This document shows, piece by piece, positions 7,913 through 16,479 of a stretch of DNA of 35,232 nucleotides (the first letter of the stretch is position 1; each line of letters opens with the position of its first letter). This DNA comes from a virus (Duplodnaviria > Caudoviricetes). A program made the translations under genes and the position numbers. A model generated the notes under the pieces. That model was not told the DNA's origin, made no database searches, and saw only the letters and a list, made by a program, of their open reading frames with translations. Location of the stretch: the IMG/VR virus record IMGVR_UViG_3300048854_000041, positions 1 to 35,232 of that record; one strand, 5' to 3'.

Positions 7913-8133
7913 AGACTCCATTCTTTTTCAGATTCTCCAAGGGTGAAACCAACCGCCACGGAACGCAGAAGAAGGGCCAGCCTTGGAATCAAGAAACCGT
8001 CAAGGGCCCTAGGTTCTCGAGGATTATAAAGTTAGAACGCAAGTCTCCTGGGTTTAGCAGGCGAGTGATCTTCTACTTCCCGAGTGGAGCATGCTGGTAT
8101 TTCGACGTGTATAGCAAATTGAAGGCGCAATAG
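7909..8133 (+). CDS. Hypothetical protein
   Basis: Coupled ORF in the small-gene cluster. Confidence 0.45.
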   Translation: MKTPFFFRFSKGETNRHGTQKKGQPWNQETVKGPRFSRIIKLERKSPGFSRRVIFYFPSGACWYFDVYSKLKAQ

Positions 8134-8135
8134 CG

Positions 8136-8324
8136 ATGAAGCCCTCAGAATTGGCGTGTCGTGAATGCGCTGCCCAGCCTAACGAGCCTTGCGTGTTTCA
8201 AGGCATAAAGCTTGATTTTTACCACGCTGATCGGGTTATCGACGCCTTCTCTGTAACAAAGAGCAATGGCCATAGCCCCACAGATGAGCAGTGGGACGAT
8301 GCGATGCGAGGGCTGGAGATATGA
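8136..8324 (+). CDS. Small zinc-finger protein
   Basis: CxxC-A-x-P-x-x-P-C ... H-x-x-R pattern. Confidence 0.55.
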   Translation: MKPSELACRECAAQPNEPCVFQGIKLDFYHADRVIDAFSVTKSNGHSPTDEQWDDAMRGLEI

Positions 8325-8467
8325 GCAAGAATAAAATGCGGATGTTTTGCCCCAAGTGCGATAAGGAAGCAGTTAAGGATGAGAAGGACTCTACAGCAAA
8401 CTGGAGTGTATTTCCGGTTCACTGCCCTGATTGCGGCGGCAAGTGGGAATTCAAGTTTGGCAAATAG
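8321..8467 (+). CDS. Zinc-ribbon mini-protein (48 aa, not in ORF track)
   Basis: CPKC...CPDCGG; GGAG RBS; ATGA coupling. Confidence 0.55.
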   Translation: MSKNKMRMFCPKCDKEAVKDEKDSTANWSVFPVHCPDCGGKWEFKFGK

Positions 8468-8609
8468 GGGATAAACCCATGAAAGAGCTTATTCGTAGGA
8501 TTATCTTCTACTGCCCGTTCATGCCATATGAGTTCACCGCCCAAAGCGGCACGATGAGACACAAATTACTCGACTGGCTGTATGGAGATGGCAAAGGGCC
8601 GTACTTTCT

Positions 8610-8801
8610 GTGAAAAAGGCCAGCATCACCTGTTTCGGACATGGCTGGGCTATAGAACTCCCCGCTAAGACGATTTACTGCGGAAGCTTTCAAGAGTGCG
8701 TGATGATCTTTGACTTGCACTATGCTTCCTTGGTTTCGCAGGCCTTACATGATTCATGCACACAGAACAGATTAGGACTTCAGGAGACAGGGAGAGCATA
8801 G
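8610..8801 (+). CDS. Hypothetical protein
   Basis: GTGA-coupled ORF immediately before terminase. Confidence 0.4.
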   Translation: MKKASITCFGHGWAIELPAKTIYCGSFQECVMIFDLHYASLVSQALHDSCTQNRLGLQETGRA

Positions 8802-8805
8802 AGGT

Positions 8806-9279
8806 ATGGCAGGCAAAGGAGGACGTCCAACCAAATACACGCAGGAGTTAGGAGAAAAGATCTGCGCGGGAATCATGGCTGGCTATGGTCTTCGTAAAGT
8901 TTGCTCTGCTGATGGCTTTCCCTCTTTATCTTCTGTTTTCAATTGGTTGCAGAATAAAGATCTCGGGTTCTTGGAGCAATACGAAGAGGCTCGTAGGATA
9001 CAGGCCGAATTGCTGGCTGATGAACTCGTTGGAATTGCGGACGAAGTTCCAACTCATGATGTCCCCGATCCTGATGGTGGAATGAGCACAAGGATTGATT
9101 CTGCGGGAGTCCAGCGCAACCGGCTTCGCGTAGATGCTCGCAAGTGGGTCGCAAGCAAGCTTCTACCTAAAAAGTATGGTGACAAGGTTCAGGCCGAAGT
9201 GTCTGGTGCCGACGGTGGACCGATTCAAGCCGCAATTGCTGTGACCTTTGTAAGGACAAATGGAACCGACCAGAGCTGA
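8806..9279 (+). CDS. terS: Terminase small subunit (Sf6 gp1-like)
   Basis: GRPTKYT.EL..KIC..I..G..LR.VC, Y..AR, RLRVDARKWVASKL.PKKYGDK. Confidence 0.9.
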   Translation: MAGKGGRPTKYTQELGEKICAGIMAGYGLRKVCSADGFPSLSSVFNWLQNKDLGFLEQYEEARRIQAELLADELVGIADEVPTHDVPDPDGGMSTRIDSAGVQRNRLRVDARKWVASKLLPKKYGDKVQAEVSGADGGPIQAAIAVTFVRTNGTDQS

Positions 9280-10558
9280 GTTCCCCGAGAAGCTCGCTGG
9301 ACTGTTCGAGCCTCATCCATTCAAGACGCTGTATGGTGGCCGTGATGGCGTCAAGTCGTGGTCTATTGCAAGAGCGTTGCTGATCATTGGGGCCAACCCT
9401 GGCATTTTGTGGCCTGGAAGAACGGATGGTCCGAGGATCCTGTGTGGACGCGAGACGATGGACTCGATTCGGGAGTCTGTTCACCAGCTGTTGAATGATC
9501 AGATTAGCAATTTAGGGCTAGAAAACTTCTACACGGTCCTGCAGTCGGAGATCCGGGGCAAGAACGGCACTGAGATCATGTTTGCCGGATTGCGCAAGCA
9601 ATCGGTTTCGTCTCTGAAGTCGTATGAGGCGATCGACATCTTCTGGGGTGAAGAGGCTTCAACTGTTAGTCGGAGAAGTTTGACGATCCTGCTGCCTACT
9701 ATCCGCAAGGCCGGCAGTGAGATCTGGTGGTCGCTGAACCCTGACCTTGAGACAGATGCGGTATATCAAGACTTCATTCTCGACCCGCCGCCGAACTCGT
9801 TTGTTTGCAAGATGTCGTACAAAGACAATCTCTGGCTCAGCAATGAGTCGAAGCAGAAGATTGAACTGCTGAAAGAAAGAGATTATGACACCTTCCACCA
9901 CGTGTATGAGGGCGCTACTCGCTCTACTGTCGAAGGCGCAATCTATAAGGCAGAGATTCAGGCGGCAGAGAACGCTGGAAGAATTCGAGACATTCCTTAT
10001 GACCCGCTCATGCCGGTTGATACGTTTTGGGACTTGGGTTTTGCTGATCGAGTCAGTATATGGGCAGCACAGCGCACGCCTTTTGAGATAAGAATCCTCC
10101 GCTACTTCGAGGGTGACCACCAAGCGATTGACTACTACCTCCGCGAGATGCAGACGTGGGGCTATGTGTTCGGCACATGCTTCCTGCCATGGGATGGTGG
10201 GACGCGCAGCTTGGGTACAGGCAAGTCGATTGAAGAGCTAATGAGGCTCAAAGGTTTCAAGGTGCGGGTGAATCGACAACTAAGCGTTGCTGATGGCATC
10301 AATGCAACCCGCACAATCTTTCCACAGCTCTACTTTGACGCCAAGATGTGCGCGGACGGGCTGCAGTATCTCAGGCGCTATCAGTGGGGCCCGCCAACGG
10401 CCTTAGGCGTACCGCGTAGCACTCCGCTGCATGACGATGCTAGTCACCCAGCGGACGCGCTCAGGACGCTTGCTGTGGGCATCAAGGAACCGGCTAGAGA
10501 GCGCAAGGAAACAGTCTCGCATGGCTTCAACGGGGGATCAGACGCGTGGATGCAATAA
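9260..10558 (+). CDS. terL: Terminase large subunit (PBSX/Sf6-like)
   Basis: Walker A-like YGGRDGVKS, Walker B WGEEA, SLNP motif, RNase H WDLG...DDASHPADALR. Confidence 0.92.
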   Translation: MEPTRAEFPEKLAGLFEPHPFKTLYGGRDGVKSWSIARALLIIGANPGILWPGRTDGPRILCGRETMDSIRESVHQLLNDQISNLGLENFYTVLQSEIRGKNGTEIMFAGLRKQSVSSLKSYEAIDIFWGEEASTVSRRSLTILLPTIRKAGSEIWWSLNPDLETDAVYQDFILDPPPNSFVCKMSYKDNLWLSNESKQKIELLKERDYDTFHHVYEGATRSTVEGAIYKAEIQAAENAGRIRDIPYDPLMPVDTFWDLGFADRVSIWAAQRTPFEIRILRYFEGDHQAIDYYLREMQTWGYVFGTCFLPWDGGTRSLGTGKSIEELMRLKGFKVRVNRQLSVADGINATRTIFPQLYFDAKMCADGLQYLRRYQWGPPTALGVPRSTPLHDDASHPADALRTLAVGIKEPARERKETVSHGFNGGSDAWMQ

Positions 10559-10567
10559 GGAGATCTC

Positions 10568-10708
10568 ATGAAGTTGATTTGTAAGATTTTCGGTCATCGC
10601 ATACTCGTCCTCCCGTTTCTTCCTCACAGTCATCAGGACTTTTACGACACAGTCTGCACTCGCTGCGGCGGGTTCGACACAATCTTTGCCGGTAAGGGAA
10701 AGAAATGA
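10568..10708 (+). CDS. Small zinc-binding prophage protein (DUF1660-like)
   Basis: LICKIFGH...CTRCG; AAGGAG RBS. Confidence 0.55.
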   Translation: MKLICKIFGHRILVLPFLPHSHQDFYDTVCTRCGGFDTIFAGKGKK

Positions 10709-10823
10709 CACAAGACGAGCTCATAGCCGAACAACTTCTAGCTGAATACCACGTATGGACACAGAAGAAGCAGGCAGAAGATCAGAAGCGGTTGAAGTCA
10801 ATTCTCAAGGCATGGGGAGCAAA

Positions 10824-11018
10824 ATGAAAGCATCGACACGCAACGAGCTCCCATCGAGCAAATTCGGGCTGCCGGGATCGCGTAAATACCCGGTGAATGA
10901 CAAGGCTCATGCCGCTAATGCCAAGGCCCGTGCTACGCAGCAGGTAGAGAAGGGCAATCTGAGCCCTGAGGCCGCTGCAAAGATCCGCGCTAAGGCGAAC
11001 AAGGTGCTTGGAAAGTAA
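10824..11018 (+). CDS. Small basic phage protein (DUF6582-like)
   Basis: RNELPSSKFGLP..RKYP..DKAHA.NA.AR motif; GGGGAG RBS. Confidence 0.65.
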   Translation: MKASTRNELPSSKFGLPGSRKYPVNDKAHAANAKARATQQVEKGNLSPEAAAKIRAKANKVLGK

Positions 11019-13072
11019 TGGCTGACACCAAGAAGGAAGAATTCCTAGGTCTGGCGCGTAAACGTTTTGCCGCTGCCGCAGAGGACGAAAAGCATCTGCG
11101 CGAGAAGTTTATCTCGGATCTGAAGTTCGCCTCGCCTGACGGTGAGGATCAGTGGGATCCGCAGGTAAAGATGCAGCGCCAGCAGGCAGGACGACCAGCG
11201 ATGTCGTTCCCTCGCTGCCATACGTTCGTTCAGCAGGTCTCGAACGAAGCTAGGCAGAATAAGCCGCAAATCAAGTTCTCGCCACGCCTGGACGCCGACC
11301 AAGAGACGGCGGACATTTATGAGGGCCTTGCAAGATACATTCAGTACACCTCAGACGCTCAAATAGCTTACGAGACGGCGATCGAGTACAGCGCGGGCGC
11401 ATCGTTTGGCTATTACCGCTTCCTGACCGACTATTGCGATGAGGATTCTGACGATCTGGACCTGAATGTAGTTCCGGTTCTGGATCCGCTGCAGATTTAC
11501 GGCATTCTGGTGCCTGCATGCTTCAACCGCAAGCCCAAGTTCGCATTCGTGGTGGAGGACATCCCGAAGGATGAGTACAAGCTGCTGTACCCCAAGTCTG
11601 AACTCGCCAGCCTGCCATGGTCCGAGGCTGAGAAGGAGGGTGATGGCTGGGTTGGCTCCGAGTCGGTGCGCATTGCCGAGTATTGGTATGTCGAAGAGGA
11701 GAAGGTAGAGGGCAAGCGCAGGCCGAAGTGCACGGTAAAGTTCTGCAAGACGAACGGCATGGAGATTCTACCTGACTCAGAGACGGAGTGGCCGGGTTCA
11801 ACCATTCCGATTATTCCCGTTTTGGGTAAACAGATGATTATGGAAGGCAAGCCGAGACTGTTTTCGGTTGTCCGTCCGCAGAAGGCAGCACAGCAACTCA
11901 TCAACTATTCGAAGTCACGCATTGCTGAGACGCTTTCAACATCGCCTATATCGCCATTCATGGTTGTAGAAGGCCAGATTGAAGGCTACGAGAAGCAGTG
12001 GGAGACGCTGAACACGGTTCAGAGGCCCTTCGTGACCTACAAGTCGGTCGATGTAGCAGGTAGACCCGCTCCTCCTCCCCAAAGGCAGGTTAACGAGCCC
12101 CCAATTGCAGCTCTCTCCGCATTCGTAGCGCAGGAAGTAGAAGACCTGAAGGCCACAACGGGCATATTCGATGCTTCGATGGGCAATCAGGGCAATGAGA
12201 CCAGCGGACAGGCTATTGCACGGCGCCAGCAGCAAGCAAACCTGACCACGATGCACTTCATGGACAACCTTGAGCGGGCATTCCGCAAGGGTGGAGACGT
12301 AATTGCAGAGGTTGTGCCGAAGATTTACGACACAGAGCGCATAATTCAGATCCTTGGTGAGGATGAGGTTCGCAAGGCTGTAAAGATCAATCAAGAGCAT
12401 ACGGATGAGAACGGCAAGCCGCAGTTATTCGACATGACCAAGGGCAAGTATGACGTGGTTGTGACGATGGGCCGGGCATTCTCTACAAAGCGCATGGAAT
12501 CCTTCGACATGATGCAGCAGTTGGTGCAGTCCGCGCCGAATCTTCTGCCGATGTTCGGAGACGTGCTCTTCAAGAACTCGGACATGGCCGGCGCTGACAT
12601 CGTTGCAGAGCGCTTCAAGAAGATGCTGCCTCCGAACCTACAGTCTGATGAGGATGGCGGTGAGCAGATTCCTCCGCAGGCTCAGGCAGCCATACAGCAG
12701 CTTCAGCAGCATAATCAGGCCCTCAATGCTGCCGCTCAGGAGTACGAGAAGCAGATTCAGCATCTTGAGTTTGAGAAGAAGGCACAGATCGTCAAGTCGC
12801 AGTCTGACTTCGCTATCCGCAAGATGGAGGTTGAGGCCGACATTGCCAAGGCTGAGATTACGACCAAGGCGCAGAGTGCGAGCGAGCGTGAAGCCTTCGT
12901 CAATGACATAGCTCTGCAGGTTATGAACATGTCGCATGAGCGGGCTATGGCCGCACAACAGGCGGCCCACGCTCAGGATGCTCAGGCACAGCAGGCCGAC
13001 GTACAGAGCCAACAGATGGCTCAGGAAGCCGCACAGCAGCAGGAAGCGGCCGCGCAACAGCCCGAGGGCTGA
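11018..13072 (+). CDS. Portal protein, P22 gp1-like
   Basis: Size and position after TerL; QW......R...GRP.., SG.AI..RQQQ; Gln-rich C-terminal barrel helix. Confidence 0.9.
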   Translation: MADTKKEEFLGLARKRFAAAAEDEKHLREKFISDLKFASPDGEDQWDPQVKMQRQQAGRPAMSFPRCHTFVQQVSNEARQNKPQIKFSPRLDADQETADIYEGLARYIQYTSDAQIAYETAIEYSAGASFGYYRFLTDYCDEDSDDLDLNVVPVLDPLQIYGILVPACFNRKPKFAFVVEDIPKDEYKLLYPKSELASLPWSEAEKEGDGWVGSESVRIAEYWYVEEEKVEGKRRPKCTVKFCKTNGMEILPDSETEWPGSTIPIIPVLGKQMIMEGKPRLFSVVRPQKAAQQLINYSKSRIAETLSTSPISPFMVVEGQIEGYEKQWETLNTVQRPFVTYKSVDVAGRPAPPPQRQVNEPPIAALSAFVAQEVEDLKATTGIFDASMGNQGNETSGQAIARRQQQANLTTMHFMDNLERAFRKGGDVIAEVVPKIYDTERIIQILGEDEVRKAVKINQEHTDENGKPQLFDMTKGKYDVVVTMGRAFSTKRMESFDMMQQLVQSAPNLLPMFGDVLFKNSDMAGADIVAERFKKMLPPNLQSDEDGGEQIPPQAQAAIQQLQQHNQALNAAAQEYEKQIQHLEFEKKAQIVKSQSDFAIRKMEVEADIAKAEITTKAQSASEREAFVNDIALQVMNMSHERAMAAQQAAHAQDAQAQQADVQSQQMAQEAAQQQEAAAQQPEG

Positions 13073-13116
13073 TTACTACAAAGTTTAGTGAGTTTATCCC
13101 GCAATAAGGAAAAAGT

Positions 13117-13233
13117 TTAGGGTGGCCTCGGAAGGGTCGATTGAACTGCTCCGGCTCCATGCCGGGTCAGTTATCGCTTAGACATGGAAAGCCCGTGGCG
13201 GCTCCTGAAGTCAAGTTGGCTAGGCCACCCTAA
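13117..13233 (+). ncRNA. Structured intergenic RNA element with possible pseudoknot between portal and scaffold genes
   Basis: Perfect 12-bp closing helix TTAGGGTGGCCT/AGGCCACCCTAA, two inner arms, loop TCCAT complementary to ATGGA. Confidence 0.55.
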
Positions 13234-13287
13234 TTCAAGTTTTAGAAACACCTCGCCAGCCCTGCGCATGGGCACAAAGGAAAACCA

Positions 13288-14247
13288 ATGAATGAAGAGA
13301 CGGTAGTAGCGGAGTCGTCTGCCGCTGACGATGTGTTTGGTGGTCAGCAACCTACTTTGGATGAGTACAACAGCTATCGCCAGAGTGGGGAGCTTCCCGA
13401 AAGATTCAAGCCTGCCGAAAAAGCGGAGTCGGCCCCCGCTGACGCTCAGGAAGAGACTGAGGAATCCGAGGCTGAAGAGGCCGAAACTGCTTCCGAGTCG
13501 GAAACGGAAGAAGAAGCCCAGGAGCAACCGCTTACAAAAGGCGCTGAGAAGCGCATCAAACAGCTACTCGCCAAAACCAAGGAATTAGAAGCACAGCTGG
13601 CCAGCAAGCAGGACGTAAAACAGGAAGTAAAAACGGAGTCGTCTCCCGTACAGGCAACGCGCCCCAAGCCAACCGCAGAAGACAAGGGCCAAGACGGAAC
13701 TCCAAAGTACACCACGTACGAGGATTTCGTTGAAGACCTTGCCGACTGGAAGGCAGAACAGCGTATTGAGACTGTGAAGCGTGAGCAGGCACAGCAAGAA
13801 GCAATGAAGGCTCTCAATAGCACGCTGGAGAAGGCTCGCGAGCGTTATGAAGACGCAGACGATGTCATCTTTCCGGCAGCGAAGACGATAAACGAAGCCA
13901 AGATTCCTCAAGCAGTCAAAGAGGTGTTTGCGGGTTCAGATATGTTCATCGATTTGTGCTATGTGGTCGGTTCTGACCCGGATGAGCTGAAGAAGTTTGT
14001 AAAGCTCGCAGAGACGAACCCGCGAGCGGCGATTGGCAAAGTGTTTGAGTACGAGCGAGGGATTAAAGAAGAACTCGCGAAGTCCACAGATGGCGGAAAA
14101 GCTCCTGAACCGAAGAAAACCAGTGCCCCGAAACCTCCCTCGCCGGTGGGTGGCGGAAGTTCAAGGGCCTTTGACGTGAGCGACGAAAGCCTGTCTGCCG
14201 AGGAGTGGGCGCGAAAGCGTACTAAGCAACTCGACAGCAGGAAATAA
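13288..14247 (+). CDS. Scaffolding protein, P22 gp8-like
   Basis: Acidic N-terminus, coiled coil, C-terminal APKPPSPV..S.EEW.R.R; lies between portal and coat. Confidence 0.8.
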   Translation: MNEETVVAESSAADDVFGGQQPTLDEYNSYRQSGELPERFKPAEKAESAPADAQEETEESEAEEAETASESETEEEAQEQPLTKGAEKRIKQLLAKTKELEAQLASKQDVKQEVKTESSPVQATRPKPTAEDKGQDGTPKYTTYEDFVEDLADWKAEQRIETVKREQAQQEAMKALNSTLEKARERYEDADDVIFPAAKTINEAKIPQAVKEVFAGSDMFIDLCYVVGSDPDELKKFVKLAETNPRAAIGKVFEYERGIKEELAKSTDGGKAPEPKKTSAPKPPSPVGGGSSRAFDVSDESLSAEEWARKRTKQLDSRK

Positions 14248-14267
14248 GGGCGCTCTCAGGAGCCTAA

Positions 14268-15461
14268 GTGCCAAACTCTCTTCTCTCCCCGACAATCATC
14301 ACGCGTGAAGCTCTTCGCATCCTTCATGCAAACCTGAACTTCGTTGGCAACATCAACAAGCAGTACGACAACCAGTTTGCGAACGCCGGCGCTTCGCCTT
14401 CGGGCAAGATCGGTCCTTCCCTGACGATCCGTATGCCGAACCAGTACACGGTTCGTACTGGCGCTGCTCTGAGCACGCAGGACACGGTTGAAACCAGCCA
14501 AGTTCTGACTGTTTCGACGCAGAAGGGCGTTGATACTGTCTTCTCCTCGCAGGATCTCACTCTGACCATCGATGAGTTCAGCGATCGCTACCTCAAGCCC
14601 GCAATGTCGGTTCTGGCAACGTCCATCGAAGCTGATGCGCTGACCATGATCAATGATGTCTACAACACGTGGGTTAGCGCTGGATCATTTGCCTATGTGG
14701 ACTTTGCCCAAGCCCGCAAGCTGCTCAACCTGTCCCTGGCCCCTAACACGGATCGATGCGCAACCATGACCTCTGGCCATGTGGTTTCGTTCCTCGATGC
14801 TATCAAGGGATTCTTCAACCCGCAGGAGTCGGTATCCAAGCCTTACCTCTCTGGCAAGATCGGCAAGGTCAATGGATTCGACACCTACGAGAACACGGTC
14901 CTCAATCCGTTCCAGTCTGGCACGGCTGCTCCGACTACCGGATACACCGCAACCCTTACCTCCGGTAGCGGTGTTGCTGTTCTGGCTGCTGGCGCAACTA
15001 CCTTCAAGAAGGGTGACGTTGTTACCTTCGCGACGGTGAATACGGTTGACCCTGAAACCAAGGCAACCCGCGGCTCCCTGCAGCAGTTCGTGGTTACTGC
15101 GGACTATGCTGGCGGTGCGGGCAATCTGTCGATCTCTCCGACTCCCGTAACCTCTGGGGCAGCTCAGAACGTTACCAACGTTGGGGCCGGTCTGGCTGTT
15201 GTCAAGGTTACCGGGGCTGCTTCTGCGCTGGTCAATCAGTCCCTGCTCTTCCACCCCGAGGCTTTCACCTTCGTCTCTGCCGATCTCATCGACGTGTCGA
15301 AGTTCGGTGCGTGGGGCGCTCGTCAGGTGATGGACGGTATATCGATGCGTATTGCTCGTCAGTATGACATCTCGTCCGACACCATCCCCTGCCGTATCGA
15401 TGTCCTGTACGGCTATAAGACGCTGCGTCCGCAGTTGGCTGCCCGCGTCCTCGCTACCTAG
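14268..15461 (+). CDS. Major capsid protein, P22 coat gp5 family
   Basis: NSLL....ITREALRIL, KIG.SL.IR.P, RIDVLYG.K.LRP.LA.R. Confidence 0.92.
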   Translation: MPNSLLSPTIITREALRILHANLNFVGNINKQYDNQFANAGASPSGKIGPSLTIRMPNQYTVRTGAALSTQDTVETSQVLTVSTQKGVDTVFSSQDLTLTIDEFSDRYLKPAMSVLATSIEADALTMINDVYNTWVSAGSFAYVDFAQARKLLNLSLAPNTDRCATMTSGHVVSFLDAIKGFFNPQESVSKPYLSGKIGKVNGFDTYENTVLNPFQSGTAAPTTGYTATLTSGSGVAVLAAGATTFKKGDVVTFATVNTVDPETKATRGSLQQFVVTADYAGGAGNLSISPTPVTSGAAQNVTNVGAGLAVVKVTGAASALVNQSLLFHPEAFTFVSADLIDVSKFGAWGARQVMDGISMRIARQYDISSDTIPCRIDVLYGYKTLRPQLAARVLAT

Positions 15462-15469
15462 AAAACAAA

Positions 15470-15501
15470 GGGGTCGGATCAACCAGTCCGATCCCACTTT
15501 C
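15470..15501 (+). terminator. Hairpin after the coat gene (terminator/stabiliser)
   Basis: GGGGTCGGA/TCCGATCCC 9-bp stem followed by ACTTTC (weak U-tract). Confidence 0.45.
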
Positions 15502-15629
15502 CCTATGACACTAGAAGAAATCAAGCAAAAACCCGCGGCAGACTTCAGCACGAACTCGTGGCTGAGGGAGATTGCACTACAACTCGCACTACTAAACGAG
15601 AAGAAGAGACCAGGGAGGCCAGCAAAATA

Positions 15630-16358
15630 ATGGCAACAGCCTACGACATCATTACCAGCGCTCTTCGGCTTATCAACGTCATGGCTTCAGGTGAGCAGAC
15701 CCCGATTGCTATGGCAAACGAGAGCCTTTCCGTGCTGAATGACATGATCGATGGCTGGAATGCTGAAAGACTGGCTATTTTCACCACAAGAACGGATGAT
15801 TTCCCGTTTGTGCTTGGACAGCAGTCCTACACGATGGGAGCAGGTGGAGATTTCAACGTTCCGCGGCCCGCACGGATTGATGCGATGAGCACGATTCAGC
15901 TTACTAACCCCGGAAACCCGGTAGAGATCCCAATCGCGATGTATTCAGTGGAAGACTGGCAGACTCAGGTGCCTGTAAAGAACGTTCAAGGGTCAATTCC
16001 TCTTATTTGCTATGACGATGGCGGATTCCCTCTAAGAACGCTCAATTTCTGGCCTATCCCGATCGATCAGCCGAACGCGGTGAGGATCTATAGCTGGCAA
16101 GCACTCACGCAGCCGGCAAACCTAGCCTCACAAATGGCCTTCCCCCCAGGATACAAGGAAGCCTTTCGCTACAACCTCGCCGTTGCGCTCTCTGCGGAGT
16201 TCGCCAGCACGCTTTCTCCTACCGTAGCCGCTATCGCTGTCTCGTCTAAGGCTCGCCTGAAGTCAATGAACGCTCCAGATCTGGAGCTTAGGTCTGACCT
16301 CGCTCCGAATCCTGCAGGTTGGAACTACAAAGCCGATCTCTTTGGGATTGGCTGGTAA
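15630..16358 (+). CDS. Head-tail adaptor, P22 gp4-like
   Basis: TA.DII..ALR.I.V...GE......L..LNDM.D.W; P.GY..A.RYNLAV.L; position after coat. Confidence 0.75.
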   Translation: MATAYDIITSALRLINVMASGEQTPIAMANESLSVLNDMIDGWNAERLAIFTTRTDDFPFVLGQQSYTMGAGGDFNVPRPARIDAMSTIQLTNPGNPVEIPIAMYSVEDWQTQVPVKNVQGSIPLICYDDGGFPLRTLNFWPIPIDQPNAVRIYSWQALTQPANLASQMAFPPGYKEAFRYNLAVALSAEFASTLSPTVAAIAVSSKARLKSMNAPDLELRSDLAPNPAGWNYKADLFGIGW

Positions 16359-16479
16359 TGGTTCCCTGCAAGGTCTACCACCCGCACAAGAATGGCGGCG
16401 ACGATAAAGTGCTTACTGCCAACACCCAGGAAGAGCTTGAGGCGCTTCTGCGGATTGGATGGAAGCTGAAGGAGTCGAA

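Noticed and set aside
13145-13170. Twister or pistol ribozyme resemblance in the portal-scaffold spacer
   Set aside because: Lacks the twister UAA cleavage-site context and pistol P1 topology; kept only as an unassigned structure
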